This document shows positions 39,833 through 49,862 of a DNA stretch of 64,000 nt, one piece after another. The stretch spans positions 26,352 through 90,351 of the forward strand of contig JAXHMZ010000005.1 in assembly GCA_034521025.1 (NCBI GenBank). Reading direction: 5' to 3'. This DNA is from Candidatus Campbellbacteria bacterium (GTDB taxonomy: Bacteria > Patescibacteriota > Minisyncoccia > Phycocordibacterales > JAXHMZ01). The notes beneath the pieces were generated by a model. The model worked only from the letters and a program-made list of their open reading frames with translations. It was not told the origin of the DNA and did not search any database. The position numbers and the translations under genes are program-made. The stretch's first letter is position 1, and the number at the start of each line of letters is the position of its first letter.

Positions 39833-41305
39833 TTAATCCGCGACTTCTACCTCCACCGCTCCCTCTATTTCTTTTTCAAGATCTCCCTCTTCACTACTCT
39901 CTTTGTCATTCTGTTCTTCTTTCTCCGATTTATTACCTTCCTCTTCTTCCGCCTCTTTACTTCCTTCGTCGTTATTTTTGGCTTCTTCTGTTTCTTCTTC
40001 GCCCTCACCGTCTTCCTCGTCTCCCTTCTCGCTTCTAAAGCCTTTTATTATGCCCTCAAGGGCATCAAAAGCATTAGCGGAGGTTTCTTTCTTTAAAGAC
40101 TCCAGAATACTCTGAGCCGGGATCGATTCAGAAATCCTAAGGGTTGTTCGAACGTCCTCAATACGACCTAGAGATGTTTTAAAGTACTCTCGAGCTTCTT
40201 CTTCAGAATCGTTTTCAGAAGCTTTTTTGCCATTTTCGTAATCTCGCTTCGCCTGCTCCAAGTGCTCTGACAACCGTTCTTTTAGCTCACTATTACCAAC
40301 CTCTTTTTTCTCGAGAAGCACTTCTGTTTTTTCCAGACGCGTACTTACGAATAACTCAAGAGTGTTTATTGTTAGATTGTCTTTTTCTTCTATGTTCTCT
40401 GTTTCGATCCGAAGTTCTTTTGCTTCGTCCTTGTTATTCTCCTGCAATTGGTCTTCCTCACTGTCCTCTTCGTTGACATCAACTGAAACGCTTACCTCTT
40501 CTTCAGCCATAATACCCACCTCTCCCCCTGCTTCAGCTGAAGATGATCCGCCTTCAGATCCATCGTCAGCTAATTCTTTCGGAGGCTCTTCACTTTCAAG
40601 CGAAAGAGCCCCTTCGGTTTCCGGAGGCTCAGAAACACTCAGAGATTCCGTAGTCTCTTTTTCATAATCCATATCTGTTAAAGAGGCAACAAGGCCGGCC
40701 ATTTCGCTGTTGCCCTCGGAAAGACGAGCCAAGAGATCTCTGTAAACTCGGAGGATAGATTCATATTCACTACCTATTTCGAGAGCCGTTATGGCGTCAT
40801 TTTGTTCTTCCAGCGCGGCGATTTTCTTTTCTATAGACCGAATACGAGTATCGATCTTTGTCTTTAGTTGCTCTGAAGTCTTTGGCGTAAGCGAGTCCGA
40901 AAAAGCCAATTCGCTAGCCTCTGATAAACGCCTTTCCACCCTGGCGGCATCCAAACGCGCCTTAGATTCAGTTGAGAAGGAAAGCTGGTTTCGCATCTCT
41001 TCTTGTGCGGTCTTCAGAACATAGAGAGGATCCCCCGGTAGAGCATTTTGCGCCATCACAAAACCACCGCTTACAAAGAAAAGCACTACGACCAAAGCCG
41101 GAACCAAACGCAAAGACACTAGAGCAAACCACGAACGAGAACTGGTGTGCGCCGCTCTCTCACCGCGCACTGGAGTGTGTTCCATATAAGAATAAAGAAA
41201 ATTCCGCATACGTTCGCGCTCACCCTCAGACAACGAAACATTCTTCGCGGCTTGAAGCTTGTTTTCTAATTCCTTTTCTGTTTTGTTTTCCTTACTCATT
41301 TTCAA
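39833..41305 (-). CDS. Putative membrane anti-sigma factor (DUF5667-like)
   Basis: Overlaps the ECF sigma stop; single TM followed by AQNALPGDPLYVLK...ERRLSEA. Confidence 0.75.
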   Translation of the reverse strand: MKMSKENKTEKELENKLQAAKNVSLSEGERERMRNFLYSYMEHTPVRGERAAHTSSRSWFALVSLRLVPALVVVLFFVSGGFVMAQNALPGDPLYVLKTAQEEMRNQLSFSTESKARLDAARVERRLSEASELAFSDSLTPKTSEQLKTKIDTRIRSIEKKIAALEEQNDAITALEIGSEYESILRVYRDLLARLSEGNSEMAGLVASLTDMDYEKETTESLSVSEPPETEGALSLESEEPPKELADDGSEGGSSSAEAGGEVGIMAEEEVSVSVDVNEEDSEEDQLQENNKDEAKELRIETENIEEKDNLTINTLELFVSTRLEKTEVLLEKKEVGNSELKERLSEHLEQAKRDYENGKKASENDSEEEAREYFKTSLGRIEDVRTTLRISESIPAQSILESLKKETSANAFDALEGIIKGFRSEKGDEEDGEGEEETEEAKNNDEGSKEAEEEEGNKSEKEEQNDKESSEEGDLEKEIEGAVEVEVAD

Positions 41306-41810
41306 CTTTTAGCATTACGCGCAATTTCTTTACCGCCCTGTTCAAGCGGACAGAAACAACGTTTTCGGAGACCGAGAGCATCTCAGCGATCTCTCTCGGA
41401 GGATACCCCTCAACAAAGCGCAAGAGCGCTACTTCGCAGTAGAGATCATCCAGCTTATGAATAGCTTCAACTACTTCGCGAGTACTTACATCCATCTCAA
41501 TATCCTTTTCCCCGCCGGAGGATACATCGAAGCCTCCCTCCTGTAGAGTATCCAAAGACATAGAGTCTTTTTTGCGGTATTCGTCTATGATCAGATTTCT
41601 CGCTATCTTGTACAAAAAAGCGCGCTCGTTATCGATGGTTTTTTCTCCATCGCGAATATAATTCCACAAGCGCACAAAAGTTTCCTGTGCAAGGTCATAA
41701 GCTTTATCTCTATCAGATATTTTAAAGAAACAGAAACGGAAGATAGCGTCTGAATAGGCTTCGTGTGTTTCTATAAATTTTTTCTCTATATCTCCCCCGT
41801 CATGCTTCAT
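41292..41810 (-). CDS. ECF-type RNA polymerase sigma factor
   Basis: Region 2 DLAQETFVRLW...FLYKIARNLIIDEYRK; region 4 EIAEML.VSENVVSVRLNRA. Confidence 0.93.
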   Translation of the reverse strand: MKHDGGDIEKKFIETHEAYSDAIFRFCFFKISDRDKAYDLAQETFVRLWNYIRDGEKTIDNERAFLYKIARNLIIDEYRKKDSMSLDTLQEGGFDVSSGGEKDIEMDVSTREVVEAIHKLDDLYCEVALLRFVEGYPPREIAEMLSVSENVVSVRLNRAVKKLRVMLKVENE

Positions 41811-41852
41811 ATTTTGAGACGGCTCGATTAATAAATTCTTACCGTGTTAATT

Positions 41853-42977
41853 CTATCTACCAATGAAATTATGTGTAATTATTAGATACTCATTGACCCT
41901 GACGACTCCAATTCCACTGTGAGTATAGTCGGGATAAAGTATGTTTTCTCTATGTCCGGGAGAATCCATCCATCCTTCTATCGTCAGGTCAACTATCTCA
42001 TCTTCTGTATATCTTTTTGCTCGAATAAAGTCCACTGAACCAACAGACTGTGATTTATCCAGGAGTCCGTCGATATAATCTAAATATTCTTCTTCGTCAC
42101 TGACGTCTTCGATAGAAAACTCTTCTCTTTCTGGGCATTTTGGCATTTCTTCATCAACCCCGTAAGAATAGGTTCTGGACTTGATAGCGGGGATCATCGC
42201 AATGTTCTCTCCCACGGATCTGAACGAAATATCAGAATTCATAACTCGGTCTCTTATTGAAAATCCGTTCTCAAAACCTTCGTGCCGGATAATAGGATAC
42301 TGGCAAAGATATTCGGACTCTGTGATCTCTTCGTTATCCCTTGATTGCTCTTGGCTGTGTTCGCGAGCTACACGTGCTAATTCTTCATCCCAAACCAGGG
42401 CATTAAGTCCATTTCTGACTCTGGTTTTGTTAACCTCTATATGAATTTGCCTAGCTAAAGAAGAAGTGTTTATGTTGGCGTCCCCTTCTACAGGATCTTC
42501 GTCATTATTGTCCTCGTCGTCACTGGTTCCTTCGGGCTCCAAGGTGAACCCGGAAGTTGATACTACAAAAGATGAGCGCTTTTGAAATAGGTCGTTGAGT
42601 GCTTCGCGAGATTCTTCACCAAAGCCCGGCTCAGATATATTGTATTCTATCTTTAATCTGGTTACGGCTGCACTTGTCAATTCGCCGTAATATCCGGTAA
42701 CCATTTTTTCCGGATAAAATTGAGTGTTGTACGCAAGGAAGTTCTGTAACTTTTCCACATCTCTACCTCGTGAGCCAATATTAAGATCCCGTTCAAACCG
42801 AAAATCCTTGTTCTCTTCGAACAACTTCTCCTGCAGTTCTGCCTTAAGCTCGCGCAGAGTTTCTCTCAAAACCTCTATTCTGGCTTCGAGCTCCTCGCGC
42901 GTCTGGGCTTCCGCGCTTAAAAACGGAGTAAAGAAGAAAGCGGAAGACAAAAATAGTATGACGACAAAGAATCTCAT
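41853..42977 (-). CDS. Secreted CAP/SCP-domain protein with peptidoglycan-binding domain
   Basis: Signal peptide; RDLNIGSRGRDVEKLQNFL...TGYYG; VNKTR..NGL..L, GENI, WMDSPGHRENIL. Confidence 0.88.
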   Translation of the reverse strand: MRFFVVILFLSSAFFFTPFLSAEAQTREELEARIEVLRETLRELKAELQEKLFEENKDFRFERDLNIGSRGRDVEKLQNFLAYNTQFYPEKMVTGYYGELTSAAVTRLKIEYNISEPGFGEESREALNDLFQKRSSFVVSTSGFTLEPEGTSDDEDNNDEDPVEGDANINTSSLARQIHIEVNKTRVRNGLNALVWDEELARVAREHSQEQSRDNEEITESEYLCQYPIIRHEGFENGFSIRDRVMNSDISFRSVGENIAMIPAIKSRTYSYGVDEEMPKCPEREEFSIEDVSDEEEYLDYIDGLLDKSQSVGSVDFIRAKRYTEDEIVDLTIEGWMDSPGHRENILYPDYTHSGIGVVRVNEYLIITHNFIGR

Positions 42978-43016
42978 AACGTGTCTATTGTAGCGTATTT
43001 ATTGAAAGCGCAAAAG

Positions 43017-43049
43017 AAAAGCAAGGTCGAAGGAGTCGACCTTGCTTTT
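43017..43049 (-). terminator. Intrinsic terminator
   Basis: AAAAGCAAGGTCGA-AGGAG-TCGACCTTGCTTTT. Confidence 0.75.
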
Positions 43050-43068
43050 CTCGACTAACTTTAAAGAC

Positions 43069-43407
43069 TTACTCTTCTGCTCCGGTTGGCGGCAATTCTG
43101 CCTCTCCTTCTAATTCAGTGTTCACACCGTTTTCCGTATCACTACCTTGACCAGGTCGCTCTGGTGTAGCGTTACGATTCATGAACACGTACGCGGCGTA
43201 GGCCAAGAGTGCGAGCAGAACGACTACCGCAATAACAGCTACTACGTTAGTAGATCCGCCTCCTTCTCCTTCAACGTTAGATTGAGGTTCTTGGCTTGGT
43301 CCGGTCTGGAATTGATCCTGTCCCGGAGTTTGATCTCCGGAGTCATGTCCTCCTTCGTGATCATGTCCTTGTCCGTTTTCGTCGTAATTATTTTCTCTTT
43401 CGTTCAT
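43069..43407 (-). CDS. Small acidic single-pass membrane protein
   Basis: Low-complexity acidic termini around one TM helix; own terminator. Confidence 0.65.
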   Translation of the reverse strand: MNERENNYDENGQGHDHEGGHDSGDQTPGQDQFQTGPSQEPQSNVEGEGGGSTNVVAVIAVVVLLALLAYAAYVFMNRNATPERPGQGSDTENGVNTELEGEAELPPTGAEE

Positions 43408-43472
43408 AAGAAATGATTTTTATTAAACCTATAAAACTCCCTCAAATATTGTAACATCTAAAGGAGAAAAAA

Positions 43473-44648
43473 TTATTTTTCGTAGAGATCTCGTGAAGAA
43501 AAAAGATTGATGGTCCAAGTGGAAAATACTTCAACCTTATTTCTGAAGCCCGGCACTTTGGTCAGATACGCGCCTTTCCAGACCATCCAACCGAAGAATC
43601 CTTTAACATCAAAGCCGAACAATTTCCCCGCACCTCTACCCTTTCCTAAGGAAAGCAAGATGCCTTTGAGCTTAACCTCGTATCGGGTCATTTCTTTTCC
43701 TTGATTATGAAGTTTTATGTTTTTAGCCACGCCCTTTCCCTGGCGAATGGCTGTTTGAGCAAGCTTGGGAATAACTTCACCTTCTCGGGTCATAACATCG
43801 CCGATAGCAAACTCTCTTTCGCGTCCCGCTACACGAAGATTATCGTCCACTATTACGTTACCTTTTTCATCTTTAAATGACTCACCCACGATTTCGGTAT
43901 TGGGGGAAACGCCCGCAGTCCAAATATTCAGATCACCATCAATTTTCTCACCCTCTTTAGTTATTACACCCTCGGGTGTAATTTCTGTAACAAACGTCTC
44001 AAGCCGTATATCTATACCAACGCGTTTCATTGTCGCTAAAGTATAATCCTGAACCGACATCGGAAAATTGGGACAAAGATTTTTATCAGCGTGAATAAGA
44101 CGAACCGAATATTCAAGCGAGGATGAATATTTTTTGATGGTTTCCAAAAATTCCTTTATTTCAAAGACCAACTCAGATCCGGTTGGCCCTCCCCCGATAA
44201 CATTCACCGAAACGTTGCGTTCAATACCTTGAGCTTTCTTTATAATACGCCGTTTTATTTCGTTAGCATCTTCTATGGTCTTTAACTCGAGAGCGTTCTC
44301 TTCCCCTTTAGTACCAAAAAAGTTTGTTTTCGCCCCCGTCGAAACAATAAGATAATCGTAAAAGATCTCTTCTCCGTCAGAGGTAACAACTTTGTGAGAT
44401 TCGAAATCCGTCTCTCTTACGTTCTCGCGATAGAACGTGAAGTCGGTGTTATGAAAAAAGTCCGAATATTCAAATGTAATGTCGCTTGCGTTCAGAGCGC
44501 CAGTAGCCACCTCGTGCAGGAGTGGAGTAAAAATAAAGAAATTAGTACGCGAGATCAGCGTAACGTCATACCCTGAGCGCAAAAGCGATCTTGCCGCGTA
44601 AACTCCCCCAAATCCGCCTCCTACTATAACTACTTTTGTCTTTGACAT
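43473..44648 (-). CDS. ndh: Type II NADH:quinone oxidoreductase family FAD-dependent oxidoreductase
   Basis: VVIVGGGFGG, FTPLLHEVATG, VIGGGPTGSEL, WTAGV, FAIGD, AQTAIRQG. Confidence 0.9.
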   Translation of the reverse strand: MSKTKVVIVGGGFGGVYAARSLLRSGYDVTLISRTNFFIFTPLLHEVATGALNASDITFEYSDFFHNTDFTFYRENVRETDFESHKVVTSDGEEIFYDYLIVSTGAKTNFFGTKGEENALELKTIEDANEIKRRIIKKAQGIERNVSVNVIGGGPTGSELVFEIKEFLETIKKYSSSLEYSVRLIHADKNLCPNFPMSVQDYTLATMKRVGIDIRLETFVTEITPEGVITKEGEKIDGDLNIWTAGVSPNTEIVGESFKDEKGNVIVDDNLRVAGREREFAIGDVMTREGEVIPKLAQTAIRQGKGVAKNIKLHNQGKEMTRYEVKLKGILLSLGKGRGAGKLFGFDVKGFFGWMVWKGAYLTKVPGFRNKVEVFSTWTINLFSSRDLYEK

Positions 44649-44748
44649 CGCTCTTACTTTATCACGAACTGATAAGTATGTGGAATTAAGTATATTCTCG
44701 CCTATTATCTTTATCTATATCCTTTTTGTAGCGTTCCGTCCTCCCCCG

Positions 44749-44759
44749 AGGTTAAACCT
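44749..44759. repeat. AGGTTAAACCT palindromic core (degenerate copy of the 56834 element)
   Basis: CTCCCCCG-AGGTTAAACCT-AGGAG just past the AI-2E stop codon. Confidence 0.6.
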
Positions 44760-44767
44760 AGGAGAAA

Positions 44768-45832
44768 TTAGGACTTCGCACCAGCCTCTTTATCGATGTC
44801 GCGTTTGTAGCGTGTTTCGTATATTTCAAGCATTGCCAGAAGAAAAGCCATTACTACCGGCCCGAAAACAACGCCTGAGACACCAAACAAAGCCAACCCT
44901 CCTAAGGTAGCGAAAAGAAATACAGCCGGATGCATAGCTATATCGCTCCCCGCCAAAACCGGTCGCAAAATATTGTCAGAGACGTTTATAACAACGGCTG
45001 CCACCAAGAGGAGTACGCCCTGCCAAAGCGGAGCGGTAAAAAATAAATAAACTGCCGCCGGAACCACGATCAAGGTCGCGCCTAAGGCGGGAATAAGAGC
45101 CAAGAAACCGGCAACGATAGTGAGAAAGACAACTGCCGGCAATCCAACCGCCAAAAAACTACTTCCGGCTATTATGGCTTGTATGATCGCGATAAATACA
45201 GTTCCCTTTAAAGTCGCGCGCGAAGTGGAAGTGAACTTTTCAAACAACCTCCTTTCGTTGTCATCTCCAAAAGGAAGCAGTCTCTCTACTTTAAGTAATA
45301 ATTTCTTTCCATCACGCAAAAGGTAAAATAGCGTGTAAAGCATTACAAATAACTTGGCGATAAAAGAAAGCGTAGTAGCCGAGCCCTGCCGAACAAACGC
45401 AAGTAATGAAGAAGCTACGGTGCTAAAGATATCTCTTATCCTCTCTTCTACCTCAAGCCCTTCCATATATCCCTTGAACGCGCCGCTCTCACGTTGTGCT
45501 TCTACGAAAGAGGTTATGGTGTTTACTGTTTCCGGATCGCTGAGATACTCATACACTCCCACCATTTCCCGCACAAGCATAACGGCTACCACGGAAACAG
45601 GTACCAGAACTATGAGTACAATAAAAGTAGTTGTAATGAGGGAGCTCGCGTTCTCATTTTTTATGATGGACTGTATTTTTTGGTTAAGGGGATAGAAAAC
45701 ACTCGCCAAAATCGCCGCCCAGAGCAAAGGAGTCAAAAAAGGCGCGATCATATAAACGGTCAAAGCAAAGACACCGAGTAAAGTTATAAAAAAGGTTCTT
45801 GTTTGTATTTTTTGAAAACTTTTTGAAAACAT
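44768..45832 (-). CDS. AI-2E family transporter (YdiK-like)
   Basis: Multi-TM; FYLLRDG, LALIPALG, DNILRP, GVVFGPVV. Confidence 0.9.
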   Translation of the reverse strand: MFSKSFQKIQTRTFFITLLGVFALTVYMIAPFLTPLLWAAILASVFYPLNQKIQSIIKNENASSLITTTFIVLIVLVPVSVVAVMLVREMVGVYEYLSDPETVNTITSFVEAQRESGAFKGYMEGLEVEERIRDIFSTVASSLLAFVRQGSATTLSFIAKLFVMLYTLFYLLRDGKKLLLKVERLLPFGDDNERRLFEKFTSTSRATLKGTVFIAIIQAIIAGSSFLAVGLPAVVFLTIVAGFLALIPALGATLIVVPAAVYLFFTAPLWQGVLLLVAAVVINVSDNILRPVLAGSDIAMHPAVFLFATLGGLALFGVSGVVFGPVVMAFLLAMLEIYETRYKRDIDKEAGAKS

Positions 45833-45843
45833 AAAGGTTCGTA

Positions 45844-47235
45844 TTATTTACCCCGAAACGCCGGATGTTCATTTTGCGGGTAACTCTCAAGCGGTCTCAA
45901 GTTCTCTCTCCAGCCCTTGATAACTGCCTCGGCAAATTCCCAAAGAAGAAGAGTTTCGCGCGGAGCGAGAAATAGCGAGCGGTTTCCTTCTGCGGCCGCT
46001 TGAAAAAGAGTTTTGTATTCCTCGGTATATTGTTTCCTTTCCGTTCGCTCACGAAGCTGTATAGTAATACTTTTTACATCTTCTTCGTCTTCCCCGGGAC
46101 GTTTGAAGATCTCAATTTCTTCCGTTGGTTCCAGGCGGAAAATTATTCGTTCATTCTTGTCCTCCCGGCCGGCCTCGGGATCTTTAGTAAAGATCACTTC
46201 TATTTCTTTGAGGTTTTCTTTGCCTATGCGCTTACCTCCCTCAAGGTTAATTTGAGCACCCTTTAGGGCACCTTTGCGGATATCAGTTTCAACGCAGAAA
46301 TAAGTTTCCGTATCTGAATTGTCGGACACTTCTTTTATCTGTCGGTATCCTTCATACTGACCGCGACGAGTTCTGGTTTTAATTTCTTCCGGCGTTAAGA
46401 TACCTATGCTTGATAGTGCCTGCTCTCGAGCTTCACCGATCTCTTTATCTTTATCCAAATCCTCGGCAAGCACTAACGCCGCAGTTAGCATTTGCAAAAC
46501 GTGATTTTGCCCAACGTCTATAAAAGCGCCCACGGCATCATAGAAGGATCCTCTACTCTCGACCCCCGCAGCTTCAAAGAGTCGTATATTTATTCTTGCA
46601 ACCTCGCCGGACCCGAACATATTGTCTATCTTTTCGTCTTTCTGACGAAGCGACGACATGTCGCGCAGTAGGGGTTTGGCTAAATAGTGATCAATGTTGT
46701 AAATTTCCTCTGTTGAAAAGACCTTACCCAGACTGTCAAATATCGATCGGGCTGAGGCCAGATCTTTTCCAAACGGCTTTTCTACAACCACTCTCTTCCA
46801 AGCGTTAGCGGCATGATCTAAAGGAACTACACCCGCCTCCTTCATATTATCAATTATAACTCCTAAGTGGTCGGGGTATACAGGCATATAGAAAAGCAAA
46901 TTGCTTTTCCCTTTTTCCCCAAGAGACTCTTTTAGATGCTTGAAGTCTTCATTATTATCATAGTCCCCGCGTACATATCTAAATCGATCAGCAAAACGCT
47001 CGTAGACCTTCTCATCCACTGAATCGAACACACGTTCTAGAGAAGGCCGCACGAAATCTCTTAGAAATTCCTCGGTTTTTAGATCGCGCCGAGTGAATAA
47101 AATTATATCTTCCGCGATCATCTCCTCGTCCATTTCAAGCTCAAATAGACTCGGCAAAACCTTACGAAATACCAAGTCACCGGTCGCTCCAAACAATACT
47201 AGGGTTGTTTTATTGTCCTTGTGTTTCTTGTCCAT
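45844..47235 (-). CDS. zwf: Glucose-6-phosphate 1-dehydrogenase
   Basis: LFGATGDL, VVVEKPFGKDLASA, IDHYLAK, DVGQNH, RGQY, TETY; start taken at MDKKH (47235). Confidence 0.92.
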   Translation of the reverse strand: MDKKHKDNKTTLVLFGATGDLVFRKVLPSLFELEMDEEMIAEDIILFTRRDLKTEEFLRDFVRPSLERVFDSVDEKVYERFADRFRYVRGDYDNNEDFKHLKESLGEKGKSNLLFYMPVYPDHLGVIIDNMKEAGVVPLDHAANAWKRVVVEKPFGKDLASARSIFDSLGKVFSTEEIYNIDHYLAKPLLRDMSSLRQKDEKIDNMFGSGEVARINIRLFEAAGVESRGSFYDAVGAFIDVGQNHVLQMLTAALVLAEDLDKDKEIGEAREQALSSIGILTPEEIKTRTRRGQYEGYRQIKEVSDNSDTETYFCVETDIRKGALKGAQINLEGGKRIGKENLKEIEVIFTKDPEAGREDKNERIIFRLEPTEEIEIFKRPGEDEEDVKSITIQLRERTERKQYTEEYKTLFQAAAEGNRSLFLAPRETLLLWEFAEAVIKGWRENLRPLESYPQNEHPAFRGK

Positions 47236-48532
47236 TTTCCAATATAGATCGAGTGGCCTTCTTATAGGATTCCACCTCCGGCTGATCAAAGGCGTTGACG
47301 TTCAAAAGCTCCCCTAAGTACATCACCTCTAACATTTTCCATTGCATAAAAGCGCCTATTTCAAATTCATCGACACTTTCAAGAGTACAGCTAAGAAACG
47401 GCAAGCCCGATTTGACATACGCGCTCTCTGCTCCGCGTATCAACGCTTCAAGAACTTCCTCAAGAGTCCGACCTTGCGTTAATCCAGAGAACGCTCCGGA
47501 GGTCGGAATATCAAATTCTTCAGAACCAAGATCTCTACTGACAAAGGTCGTGATCTTGTCGCGCGGTCCTCCCAGAGTAAGCTGGCCCACGGAATGAAGA
47601 TCGGTTGAACCGATCGACACCGTAGGAGTATAGCCGATCCTTCTTTCGTTGCCGTCACGATCCATTCTTTTTCCTATACTTTCCGCCAACAACTGACGAT
47701 ACCATTTGCCCAAATACTCAAAAGAGGGGTCAAAAATGAACGTATCGTGGATGCGGCAACCTTCTTCGTAATGGTGTGCGAGCATAATAGCGGAATGCAT
47801 AGCCGGATTATCTGTTTGTGACAAAGACCGATCACGCATTTCTCGCGCTCCCGCGTGAAGTTTTTCAATATCAAAACCTAAACAAGCCAACGGGAATAGA
47901 CCTACTGCCGACATCACCGAATACCGGCCACCAACTACCTTAGGAATTTCAAGTAAGCTAAAACCTTCTTCTCTCGCGACACTCGCCAATGAAGAATCCG
48001 GATCGGTTATGGCGACCAGCCTCTCTTTTGCCACCTCCCCGAATTTCTCAAACAGCTTGTCCGTAAGCAAACTAGCGTTCGCGACAGTTTCGGTTGTGGT
48101 TCCCGATTTGCTTACAACACAAATAAGTATTTCCGAAGCTGAATTTACTTTATTCAAGATCTGAAACAAAGATTCCATATAGCGGCTGTCTGTCGTTTCG
48201 AGAAAAAGCACACTGGGGTGAGAGTTGCTCAGTAGTTTGTTGTAGTAACCTCCCAAGGCCTCCGACACGGCTTCCGTGCCCAAGTTGGACCCGCCAATGC
48301 CGACTACTACCAAATAAGAAAGGCCATTTTTTGTTTTTTCATTGGCAAGCTCGGTTACGCTGTCGCGAATTCCCGAGTCGTCGGGAAGATTTATCGAGCT
48401 TTCGGGGCTGGAATAATCAGCTGCGGCAACCACTTCATTCAAGTGTTTTTGATATGATTCCAATTTGCGACCTATGGTCTCAATTTCTTCTGCGGGTACT
48501 AAAGTATTTTCAAATTCAAATTTCATAAGCAA
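47210..48532 (-). CDS. pgi: Glucose-6-phosphate isomerase
   Basis: VVVGIGGSNLG, VSKSGTTTET, VGGRYSV, QLLAESIGK, DLHSVGQ, NAFDQPEVESYK. Confidence 0.96.
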   Translation of the reverse strand: MLMKFEFENTLVPAEEIETIGRKLESYQKHLNEVVAAADYSSPESSINLPDDSGIRDSVTELANEKTKNGLSYLVVVGIGGSNLGTEAVSEALGGYYNKLLSNSHPSVLFLETTDSRYMESLFQILNKVNSASEILICVVSKSGTTTETVANASLLTDKLFEKFGEVAKERLVAITDPDSSLASVAREEGFSLLEIPKVVGGRYSVMSAVGLFPLACLGFDIEKLHAGAREMRDRSLSQTDNPAMHSAIMLAHHYEEGCRIHDTFIFDPSFEYLGKWYRQLLAESIGKRMDRDGNERRIGYTPTVSIGSTDLHSVGQLTLGGPRDKITTFVSRDLGSEEFDIPTSGAFSGLTQGRTLEEVLEALIRGAESAYVKSGLPFLSCTLESVDEFEIGAFMQWKMLEVMYLGELLNVNAFDQPEVESYKKATRSILENGQETQGQ

Positions 48533-48545
48533 AATTGCAGATTAT

Positions 48546-49103
48546 TTAAGCTCCTCCTTCATTTCTATAACTATTTCTCGAAGAGTTTCTTTGGAGTGAG
48601 TTGATGACTTGCTTAAGGTGGGTCGGCGCCGGAGCTCCCTTCATTTCAAAGTAGCGGTTTTCTCCCGCGGTCTGCACGTGAATAGTGCCAAAATTAAGAA
48701 AGGTAGAGATGACGCCGTGAACCTCGATCGTAACATCTTGGATACGCTCCGCGCGAAAAGTGGAGATCTCACGACGGAAGAAACCGTGTTGTTCAATATC
48801 CAAAATGCGCTCATTAGTTATTATCCAGACATCAAGATAATAGTCAGTCCAAATTATAAATGCCCATATCCATATGAAAAAGAACCAAAGGATCAATCCC
48901 AGCAATAAATAAGCTCCGTCTATCGAGTCAAACATAGAAAGTTGGTTTTCCGTCCCCCACGCTCCCATAAGGAAGTTGATAAGGTAATAGACAACCAGAG
49001 GTAAAAACAGCAACAAAAATAGTGAGAAAATACGACTCACTAGTACAAACCAGTGTTTGCGTATCACCATATCTATTTTTTCTCCTTCGTGAAGATCGAT
49101 CAT
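48546..49103 (-). CDS. Membrane protein with bacterial PH domain
   Basis: RKHW, two TM helices, WIITNERILDIEQHGFF..IQDV..FGTIHVQTAG. Confidence 0.85.
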   Translation of the reverse strand: MIDLHEGEKIDMVIRKHWFVLVSRIFSLFLLLFLPLVVYYLINFLMGAWGTENQLSMFDSIDGAYLLLGLILWFFFIWIWAFIIWTDYYLDVWIITNERILDIEQHGFFRREISTFRAERIQDVTIEVHGVISTFLNFGTIHVQTAGENRYFEMKGAPAPTHLKQVINSLQRNSSRNSYRNEGGA

Positions 49104-49106
49104 AGA

Positions 49107-49367
49107 CTAAAGAGTTATAGAAAGAATTAGCAAAACCAAAGAAAGAATAAAGACCCCGGATACCGAAAAGTATATTATGATCATACGGCGTACTACTTCT
49201 TTACCGAGCGCGTATTTCCGCCAATGGAAAACGAGGATAGAGCTTATAACGGCAAACAAAACCAATACCGCCAAAAGAGCCCACCATAACAACTGCGGTG
49301 TTATGAATTCGGACACGTTTATACTTTCTAGATTCTCGGCTATCTGTCCGGGAAGATCTCCTTCCAT
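49107..49367 (-). CDS. Small two-TM membrane protein
   Basis: Two hydrophobic helices around FHWRKY; coupled to the PH-domain gene; -10 box 6 nt upstream. Confidence 0.7.
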   Translation of the reverse strand: MEGDLPGQIAENLESINVSEFITPQLLWWALLAVLVLFAVISSILVFHWRKYALGKEVVRRMIIIYFSVSGVFILSLVLLILSITL

Positions 49368-49415
49368 ACTACAAGCATATCACGAAATAATTGCTTCTAG
49401 TGATATACTACTGTG

Positions 49416-49850
49416 ATGAAAGAGAGAGTTAAAATGATAGCAAAGAGCGAGGAAGATCTTTCTTCGGTAAGCGCTCCCCTATTTACAGACAGGCCACAAG
49501 CCGGTTTTCCGTCTCCGGCTGATGACTCCGTAGAAAGATCACTTGATCTCAATAATTACATAATAAAAAACCCGGCCACTACTTTTTTCGTGCGTGCCGA
49601 AGGAGACTCGATGAAAGAAGCTGGTATTTTTTCCGGAGACATACTGGTGGTCGACAGATCACTTGAACCAAAACCCGGCAATATCGTCATAGCCGCCGTA
49701 TTTGATGAATTGACCATAAAAAGACTGGAGAAAAAAGGTGGCGACTATTTCCTTGTGGCTGAAAATTCTGAGTATGAGCCCATCAAACTAACCGAGGAAA
49801 TGGAGTCCACTGTTTGGGGAGTTGTAACCAATTCGGTGCGCTCATTTTAA
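49416..49850 (+). CDS. umuD: DNA polymerase V subunit UmuD (S24 peptidase)
   Basis: AGFPSPA cleavage site, GDSM serine, TIKRL lysine; adjacent to umuC. Confidence 0.93.
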   Translation: MKERVKMIAKSEEDLSSVSAPLFTDRPQAGFPSPADDSVERSLDLNNYIIKNPATTFFVRAEGDSMKEAGIFSGDILVVDRSLEPKPGNIVIAAVFDELTIKRLEKKGGDYFLVAENSEYEPIKLTEEMESTVWGVVTNSVRSF

Positions 49851-49862
49851 AGCGCTAGCCCT

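Noticed and set aside
45844-48532. Pgi-Zwf fusion broken by a frameshift
   Set aside because: Pgi ends normally after DQPEVESYK and zwf has its own ATG at 47235; a short overlap is sufficient explanation.
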